From: Oligoflexales bacterium
GTDB taxonomy: Bacteria > Bdellovibrionota_B > Oligoflexia > Oligoflexales > Bog-1112
Reading direction: 5' to 3'
NCBI GenBank assembly: GCA_045105515.1
Contig: JBGCDR010000307.1
Location: forward strand, 1 to 24,765
Length of the DNA: 24,765 bases
Shown: positions 1 through 6,136 of the stretch, piece after piece
How the letters are laid out: the number at the start of each line of letters is the position of its first letter
How positions within the stretch are numbered: the first letter of the stretch is position 1
Position numbers and translations under genes: made by a program
The notes under the pieces: model-generated
Seen by the model: only the letters and a program-made list of their open reading frames with translations
Database searches by the model: none
What the model was told of the DNA's origin: nothing

Positions 1-251
1 GAAGATATTTAATTGCCGAAAATATGGTATTTTTCACTTATCACTGGAAAATAAGAAGAGTTTTTAAAATTAATTTCAACCGCGATAAAAAAAACTGAGT
101 TGCAAAGGCAAGAATTTAGTTTCCGACCAGACACTATTTAGACACATTTTAAAGTTTTAGGGAGAAATTGTGAGTATTTCTTGGTGACTACAAGAAAATT
201 TAATCACGCTAACATGCAGCTGGGGCCATATTTAAGCAAGAGAAAGCCAAG

Positions 252-440
252 ATGCCAGGACTAGACGGTTATGAGCTAGTACAATTATTACGAAAAGAAA
301 GTCCTCTTTGTCTTATCATTCTTTTAACTGGTGCAGAGAAGTCAGAAGAAAAAGTTAGATCTCAATTCTCACATATACTCCAAAATCCTCTATTGTTGAT
401 TTCCAACAAACACTCAAGATTCTTTCAGACAAAAAAATAG
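252..440 (+). pseudogene. C-terminal half of a response-regulator receiver domain (remnant)
   Basis: MPGLDGYELVQLLRK...LIILLTG is the receiver segment that follows the phospho-Asp. The expected D-x-x-MP is absent (upstream reads EKAK-MP), there is an in-frame TAA at 210-212, and the conserved KP reads NP. Confidence 0.65.
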
Positions 441-561
441 AGTTTGTGAGGCAAAAATCTCCCAATACGTCCAAAGGATAAATAACAAAACCTTCTTCTC
501 TCCATACCTTTATTTTACGCGTTTAGATCCTAGTAATCTGTTGTTGCCCAATATTTGAGTC

Positions 562-608
562 TTGAAAAATGATTTCATCTCAGGCACTATACAAATATGA
601 ATCATTTT
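562..608 (+). promoter_or_regulatory. Candidate promoter/operator of the Cys-rich unit
   Basis: TTGAAA (-35-like) at 562-567. 9-bp inverted repeat AAAATGATT (566-574) / AATCATTTT (600-608) flanks the putative -10 region. Confidence 0.3.
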
Positions 609-621
609 CTGCGGAGTAAAG

Positions 622-918
622 TTGTTAACAAGGCTTGTGCTATCCACAGTTTTGCTATTTTTTATAGGCAATGGACTTCTTGTTTTTAGGCCGCTTGATG
701 ATTGTTGTTCTTCATATCAAGAAATAGAATCAAATGATTGCGAAGATGTATGTACAGACTGTTTTTGCTGTAAAAAAACTTTGCATAATCCCTTTCAAGC
801 TGTAAAAAATGTTAATTTTTATATCAAAAGCATAATTCTTGAAGATAGTCTAAACCCATTTCAAGTGAATGGAAGATATTTTCGACCTCCAAAGAATTTT
901 TCTACTTTATCTGCATAA
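622..918 (+). CDS. Cys-rich leader protein with N-terminal hydrophobic segment and C-terminal RPP motif (CruR/CutF/DUF2946-like architecture)
   Basis: GGAG RBS at 613-616 and TTG start. Hydrophobic residues ~5-22. Seven Cys (28, 29, 40, 44, 47, 49, 50). YFRPPK with R88-P89-P90 at nt 883-891. Confidence 0.75.
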   Translation: MLTRLVLSTVLLFFIGNGLLVFRPLDDCCSSYQEIESNDCEDVCTDCFCCKKTLHNPFQAVKNVNFYIKSIILEDSLNPFQVNGRYFRPPKNFSTLSA

Positions 919-962
919 CAATTATTAAGTTTATTTAACTAAAAAATAGAAATTTTTTGGAG
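887..962 (+). promoter_or_regulatory. Anti-SD/SD mRNA hairpin sequestering the RBS of the 973 gene
   Basis: CTCCAAAGAATTT (887-899) pairs with AAATTTTTTGGAG (950-962) over 13 contiguous pairs (one G-U). CTA (902-904) / TAG (947-949) add 3 pairs after a 2-nt bulge. Confidence 0.7.
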
Positions 963-972
963 ATATATTATT

Positions 973-1095
973 ATGAAAATAAAATTATTTGCCATCCTAA
1001 GTACACTAGTATTTTCATTTCCTGTATTAGCTCAGCCTGATTGCTGTGAAGATTGCCAAGGTCAACAGTGTGATTGCTGTGAAGATTGTGAATAA
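973..1095 (+). CDS. 40-aa secreted Cys/acid-rich metallothionein-like mini-protein (not in the ORF track)
   Basis: Own translation: MKIKLFAILSTLVFSFPVLA-QPDCCEDCQGQQCDCCEDCE*. GGAGA RBS at 959-963, 9 nt before the ATG. Sec-type signal peptide ending VLA. Followed by a palindromic terminator. Confidence 0.85.
   Translation: MKIKLFAILSTLVFSFPVLAQPDCCEDCQGQQCDCCEDCE
1039..1088 (+). repeat. 17-bp direct repeat encoding DCCEDC twice
   Basis: GATTGCTGTGAAGATTG at 1039-1055 and 1072-1088. Confidence 0.9.
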
Positions 1096-1113
1096 TACGT
1101 AGTAGTTATATTT

Positions 1114-1145
1114 AATGAGCTTAGCAAATATTTGCTAAGCTCATT
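1114..1145. terminator. Perfect 32-bp palindrome, probable (bidirectional) terminator
   Basis: AATGAGCTTAGCAAAT|ATTTGCTAAGCTCATT, located between the convergent 973-1095 and 1220-2725 genes. Confidence 0.8.
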
Positions 1146-1219
1146 TCTCATGCGTCAAACCTGGATTCAGTGACGTTCCCCTGATCATCATAGAAGCATC
1201 TTCTCCCGAGACTTTGATA

Positions 1220-2725
1220 CTAAAATAAGTTAAACTCAAGGACAAAGCATGTATTGGGGTTTTTTTCATCTATAAAAACTCTGCCATGATGGTTTTTAAC
1301 AACCAATTTTATAAAATCTAATCCAAGTCCAGTGCCTTGTCTTTTAGTGGAAAATCCTTTTTTAAATATGAGCTCTTTGTTTTCTTTTGCAATTCCTTCG
1401 CCATTGTCGCAAATCTTGATGATTAATAAAGTTCCTTTTAAATTTGTGTCAATTTCAATAAATGGGTCTTGTTGGTCTTTCAGAGCATCGAAAGCATTAT
1501 TAATCAAATTTACAAACATCATGACAAGTTGGTTTTCTTGACCTTTAATTTCTAAATCTTCCCCTATTTTTACTCTAATATCTAATTTATTAATAAGCGC
1601 TGCCTTGGTTTCACATAGCATTAGCGCTTCTCGGATAACTATGTCAAGATTTACATTTTCGTAGTTAGAATCATCTTCCTCGAGCATAGTTAAATATTCA
1701 TGAATGATCTTGTTTATACGCAGCAAAGCTTTGCTACCATGCTCTGTGATAGTCTGAATTTCATTGTTAGGTTTACAATGCGTGCCTATATATTCGGCAA
1801 GACGTTCAAAATGATCTATGCTGAGAGATAATGGAGAACGAATATCATGGGCAATATTTCCTAAGATATACCATTGTTGTGCTAGTTGTTTAGCTTCCCA
1901 AAGGTCTTGTTTAATTTTAACAGTCTTTGTGATGCTATTATTTTGTTTTAACATTGCAAAAACGATAATCTCTCCAATAAAACAATAATTAAGAATTATA
2001 AAATTTGTTAATTCCAATTTTGCAACTAAGAGGTACAGGTTTATGCCAAGGCTTGAAATTATAGCTGCCATTAGCTCTTTCTTATTCTTAATTTTTTTTC
2101 TCGCTCGTGCAAGGGTATATATCTGAATCCCCAATAGTAGTATGCAGAGTGTTTTGAAGCTGACTAAAATAAATATGCTTATGTCTTTGGTGTCGAATAG
2201 AAATGGAGGAGAACCTTGTTTATTTTGCCATAGAAAGTGATATAGAAATATCAAAAAATAAGTGAAACAAAAAAATAAGATGAATTTATTTAATTTTTGA
2301 GTAAACGTAGCTTTTAAACTAAAATAATTTAGAATTATTCTTGAATAATAAAAAACTTTTAGAGCATGAGTACTTAATAGTAGATACAAAAGGCTCTGAT
2401 CAACAGAGCGATAAAGTTGCATGGACAGCAAATACGACAAAAAGCTAATGCAAGCTAAAAAACACCAATTTTTCAGAAGAGATGATTTTTTTTCATCATA
2501 CCAGCGTTTGAGCGATAGAATGAGAAACAGAAATAATGCAGCTGTCAAGATTATTGAACTTTGCTCGAAAATGTTAAAAGCTCCAATCAATTTTAAGGAA
2601 TTTCCTCGGTCTAAAGACATAGTCTTTCTATTTTCAATTAAGGCCCTTGTGGGATATTTTAGTGGGTTTGATGATAAAGGTATATCAGGCAAATAGTTAT
2701 AATTAATGATATTAGCGTGATACAT
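1220..2725 (-). CDS. Membrane sensor histidine kinase (multi-TM sensor + HisKA + HATPase_c)
   Basis: H-box IAHDIRSPL, N-box NLINNAFDA, G1 DNGEGI, F-box FKKGFSTK, G2 GTGLGL. About 6-7 hydrophobic segments in the N-terminal half. Start codon uncertain. Confidence 0.9.
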   Translation of the reverse strand: MYHANIINYNYLPDIPLSSNPLKYPTRALIENRKTMSLDRGNSLKLIGAFNIFEQSSIILTAALFLFLILSLKRWYDEKKSSLLKNWCFLACISFLSYLLSMQLYRSVDQSLLYLLLSTHALKVFYYSRIILNYFSLKATFTQKLNKFILFFCFTYFLIFLYHFLWQNKQGSPPFLFDTKDISIFILVSFKTLCILLLGIQIYTLARARKKIKNKKELMAAIISSLGINLYLLVAKLELTNFIILNYCFIGEIIVFAMLKQNNSITKTVKIKQDLWEAKQLAQQWYILGNIAHDIRSPLSLSIDHFERLAEYIGTHCKPNNEIQTITEHGSKALLRINKIIHEYLTMLEEDDSNYENVNLDIVIREALMLCETKAALINKLDIRVKIGEDLEIKGQENQLVMMFVNLINNAFDALKDQQDPFIEIDTNLKGTLLIIKICDNGEGIAKENKELIFKKGFSTKRQGTGLGLDFIKLVVKNHHGRVFIDEKNPNTCFVLEFNLF

Positions 2726-2832
2726 AGATAAAGTGTTGATAGCGTAAGATAGCTTAGTTCCAATTTACCCAGTTTATATGGAAAATTTACCAGCTTGATG
2801 TTAGCTTTTATCTATGAGTTGGAGGAAGTTTT

Positions 2833-4959
2833 TTGAAAAAGAATAATGTAAATGAAGAAGAGCTTGAATTAATTGGTGAGCAAGAGAAAATCCTCACAGA
2901 AATTCTTAGAGCAATCAAGGAAGAACAAGAATCAAGAAAGATGCGCCAAGAGGGTATTCGCAAACGTTTTCTTGAGCTAAGAGATGAGACTGTTGGGATA
3001 AGGTCGCAGACTGGGAGTGAAGATACTGACCTTCCAATGTTGTATGAGCAAATGCATTACCAACTTAGTCTAGCAGCACGTAAGGTTGATCCACTACCTT
3101 CTTCGCATTCTCCTTATTTTGCTCACATATCTTTGCAAGAAAACGGACGGATTAGGCATATTCTGCTAGGTTACACATCATTTATTTCCAGTAAGTCCAA
3201 TTATTCTATCGTTGATTGGAGAAATGCTCCGATATCCAGGCTTTTTTTTGAATATCGAACCGGAGAGGAGTATGAGCTAGAGCTTCCAGGGAGGGTAGCG
3301 CATGGCCTCATTGTTGAGCGTCATATTGTGACCATCCAAAGGGGAGAACTAAAAATGCTCAAGAGTGATGACAATAGCTATCGTAAATTTTCCCAAAGTT
3401 GGATTAGAGATCAAGGTACTCAAATGCCTCAATTGGGTGGAGGCCAAGGAACAGCTACCAGATATCTTGGAGAAAGTGGCCAACAGGCAGCTCCTGAGCT
3501 TGCTGCCCTTCTTGATAGAGACCAGTATTCTCTCCTGACCCAAGATCCATTCAAACCTCTGCTAATTTTGGGAGGAGCGGGAGCGGGAAAAACTACCGTA
3601 GCGCTTCATAGGCTCGCTCATTTAAACTATGGAAATCCAGATTATTTCAAAGAAAACAATATGTTGATGATAGTGCCGGAGCCAGGTCTGGTTCGCTTAT
3701 GCCAAAATTTATTGGTAAGCTTAGGGCTTGGAAAAGTTTCCGTACAGACTTTTGATAATTGGATCAGTAAGCAGAAAAAGAAGTTCTTAAAGGGATTACC
3801 CCAGAGGATCTGTGAAGAAACCCCTTCAGAAGTGGTTCGTTTCAAGAGAAGTCATTGTATTATTTACGCAATTGAAGCTTTTATAGAGAAAAAACAAAAA
3901 GAGAGCCCAGGTTGGATTTTAAAGCAAAATCATCTTAAGGATCATCACGATTTTTTTACAGATTATTCAGTACTAATAGCGGCCTTGAATGAAGAAGACA
4001 AATCCTTGAATGAGGATGTAGTTAAAAGAGTTATTCGTCATACTAAAGAGCAAAGAGCAGAAGAGAGTGGAGACCGTTATAAAGGATATGACCCAGATCG
4101 TCTAGTAAGCTTAGATGGCAAAGATCTTGATTGGGCAACTCCTGATGAAATACGCGGGAGTATTGATATTGAAGACTTTGCCATCATGCTTGAAGTTGCT
4201 CATAGAAAATATCAGATAAGTAAAGGACTTAGGCTGAAACTGACTCAATATGCTCATTTGGTAATAGATGAGGCGCAAGAATTAGCAGGCATTGAGCTTA
4301 AAGCAATTGGAAAAGCGATACCTGAAAAACAGTCTCTGACTGTTGCTGGAGATGCCATGCAGCAAACGAGTATAAGCACCTCATTTATAGACTGGAGTGA
4401 ATCATTAAAAAACATAGGTGTTAAAAACAGTTTGAAGGCGCAGCTGAAGACGAACTATCGATCACCAGCACCAATTGCTAATCTTGCTCAACAAGTATTA
4501 AAGCCCCTCAAAGTTACACTTCCAAAATCGACTAGGATGGGAGCACCAGTAAAGTTTAATCGTTATCAAGATTATGGACTAGCTTGTATTCAGCTCATCG
4601 ATACTTTAACAGAATTAATGTTGAATGAGAGTAGAGCAAGTGTTGCGATTATAGTTCGTAATGATATTTATGCAGGCAAGCTGTATGAGACGATTGAAGC
4701 CAAATTAGACTGTCGTTTAGTCTTGGATGGGGATTTTAATTTTAGACCTGGAATTGATGTGACAAGTGTTGCGAGTGTGAAGGGTTTAGAATTTGATTAC
4801 GTTGTCATTCCAGATGCAAACACTAGTACTTATGGCGAAGATGCTTTGTCGCGGAAAACTTTCTATGTAGCATTGTCGAGAGCTATGCACCAGCTATGGA
4901 TGATCTCTATAGGTACTCCGAGCCTATTATTGCCAAGCAAACTTTGGGCTGATAATTAA
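2833..4959 (+). CDS. helD: HelD-like SF1 helicase/ATPase (RNA polymerase recycling factor family)
   Basis: HelD-type N-terminal motifs SPYFAHI and IVDWRNAPISRLFF; Walker A GGAGAGKTTVALHRLAHL; HLVIDEAQE, GDAMQ, NYRS, KGLEFD, YVALSRA. GGAGG RBS at 2821-2825 before the TTG. Confidence 0.8.
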   Translation: MKKNNVNEEELELIGEQEKILTEILRAIKEEQESRKMRQEGIRKRFLELRDETVGIRSQTGSEDTDLPMLYEQMHYQLSLAARKVDPLPSSHSPYFAHISLQENGRIRHILLGYTSFISSKSNYSIVDWRNAPISRLFFEYRTGEEYELELPGRVAHGLIVERHIVTIQRGELKMLKSDDNSYRKFSQSWIRDQGTQMPQLGGGQGTATRYLGESGQQAAPELAALLDRDQYSLLTQDPFKPLLILGGAGAGKTTVALHRLAHLNYGNPDYFKENNMLMIVPEPGLVRLCQNLLVSLGLGKVSVQTFDNWISKQKKKFLKGLPQRICEETPSEVVRFKRSHCIIYAIEAFIEKKQKESPGWILKQNHLKDHHDFFTDYSVLIAALNEEDKSLNEDVVKRVIRHTKEQRAEESGDRYKGYDPDRLVSLDGKDLDWATPDEIRGSIDIEDFAIMLEVAHRKYQISKGLRLKLTQYAHLVIDEAQELAGIELKAIGKAIPEKQSLTVAGDAMQQTSISTSFIDWSESLKNIGVKNSLKAQLKTNYRSPAPIANLAQQVLKPLKVTLPKSTRMGAPVKFNRYQDYGLACIQLIDTLTELMLNESRASVAIIVRNDIYAGKLYETIEAKLDCRLVLDGDFNFRPGIDVTSVASVKGLEFDYVVIPDANTSTYGEDALSRKTFYVALSRAMHQLWMISIGTPSLLLPSKLWADN

Positions 4960-5014
4960 ATACTACTCTTGTAACTTAGAAGGCTGTACCATTTGGTTCT
5001 AGGGAAACGTGGAT

Positions 5015-5290
5015 TTAACTAGACTTTTCATGGTCATTAGATTCTTTTATTAGCTTCGCATATTCAAGTTGTAAATTTCCGACAAGCATATCAGCCAAAT
5101 AAGATACATCGACCCGATCTTGGTTTTGCCAAAACTCCAAAACCTCAAGTAAAGTCCTGTAAATTTTACATGTCGCTTTGGTTTCAGCATTTGGTTCATA
5201 TTCCAATTGAATTTCGAGTGCTTCACATAGGCGTTTATAAGTAGCTATCTCTTCCTTAATTTGATTTTTGATGTTAGGCATTTGGCCCAT
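5015..5290 (-). CDS. Hypothetical small helical protein (~91 aa)
   Basis: Open frame 5015-5341. The ATG at 5290 (MGQMPNIK) is preceded by AAGGA and is the more plausible start. Confidence 0.55.
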   Translation of the reverse strand: MGQMPNIKNQIKEEIATYKRLCEALEIQLEYEPNAETKATCKIYRTLLEVLEFWQNQDRVDVSYLADMLVGNLQLEYAKLIKESNDHEKSS

Positions 5291-5458
5291 AATACATTTC
5301 CTTATCTCTTTTTTCCTCTCAATATTTATCGGCAAAACCAACTGAAATGATTATCTAAATTGAAAAATAAAAATAATTTTAGTGGATTATAGTATGTCTT
5401 GAATGGAAATAGAAAAGCTTGGACAAGGTGCTATGTTTCGTGGGTTTAGGTTATAATT

Positions 5459-5571
5459 AATATTAAATTAATATTTCCTTAATTTAATATTCTATAAGTA
5501 ATCTAATAGATTAACGATTACTTTTTATGGTAGATAAATTGCAGTAAGTTTGGCATCATTTATCTAATAGA
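5459..5571. promoter_or_regulatory. Cluster of inverted repeats upstream of the HMA_2/ATPase cluster
   Basis: AATATTAAATTAA (5459-5471) / TTAATTTAATATT (5479-5491); 7-1-7 palindrome TAATCTA-A-TAGATTA (5499-5513) with its core repeated at 5563-5571; TAGATAAAT (5531-5539) / ATTTATCTA (5558-5566). Confidence 0.4.
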
Positions 5572-5610
5572 AGTAATAAAATTAAATTACTATTTTATGG
5601 GGGCCACCTG

Positions 5611-6015
5611 TTGATAAGTGTTCATCAATTACCAGGTCGGATTCGTGTTCGTTCGTCCAGACTTAAAAAGAACGATCTTCTTGCCAGAGAAATTGAATCC
5701 GCTATCCTTGATCTCTATGGGATAAAATCTGTACGAATTAGCTCTATAACGGGGAGTATTCTAGTTTTCTATAATGCTAGTTTAATTCATTCAGGTCCAA
5801 TTTTTAGAGAGCTTAAAAATTTAAATATTATGGCGAACGTGATTGGCTTCCCTAGGTCGTTTCCAGAAATCTATATAAGAAGAATTTTTATTAACCTATA
5901 ATGGACACCTGCTTTTTTAGAGTGCCTAAAAATAATTGGAAGGGCAATTCTAATTATCGTGATTGAACAGGCTTTCGTAGATATACTAGACAGATTGATT
6001 TATAAAATTATATAG
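5611..6015 (+). pseudogene. HMA_2/CoBaHMA-domain protein, apparently interrupted by an in-frame TAA at 5899-5901
   Basis: VHQLPGRIRVR...GIKSVRISSITGSILVFY is the Cys-less HMA_2 signature. The same frame continues 37 codons past the stop (WTPAFLECLKIIGRAILIIVIEQAFVDILDRLIYKII*) to TAG 6013-6015. It may instead be a functional 96-aa CDS. Confidence 0.65.
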
Positions 6016-6136
6016 CCTACAAATACTTGGTGCTATTCCTTTTGCAACTCTATCCTGTGCCTACTCCTCCCTTACTAATTGATTTATAAAATCTTTTTGT
6101 TACTATCAGACAAAATATTCGATCGGGGTTAGATTT

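Noticed and set aside
1..141. Possible IS end or gene tail at the left edge (...TTTCCGACCAGACACTATT)
   Set aside because: It looks vaguely like an IS terminal repeat, but no partner repeat or recognisable transposase frame lies within the window.
6028..6046. Sigma54-like TGG...TTGCA upstream of the ATPase
   Set aside because: The GG-to-GC spacing is 13 nt, not the obligatory 10.
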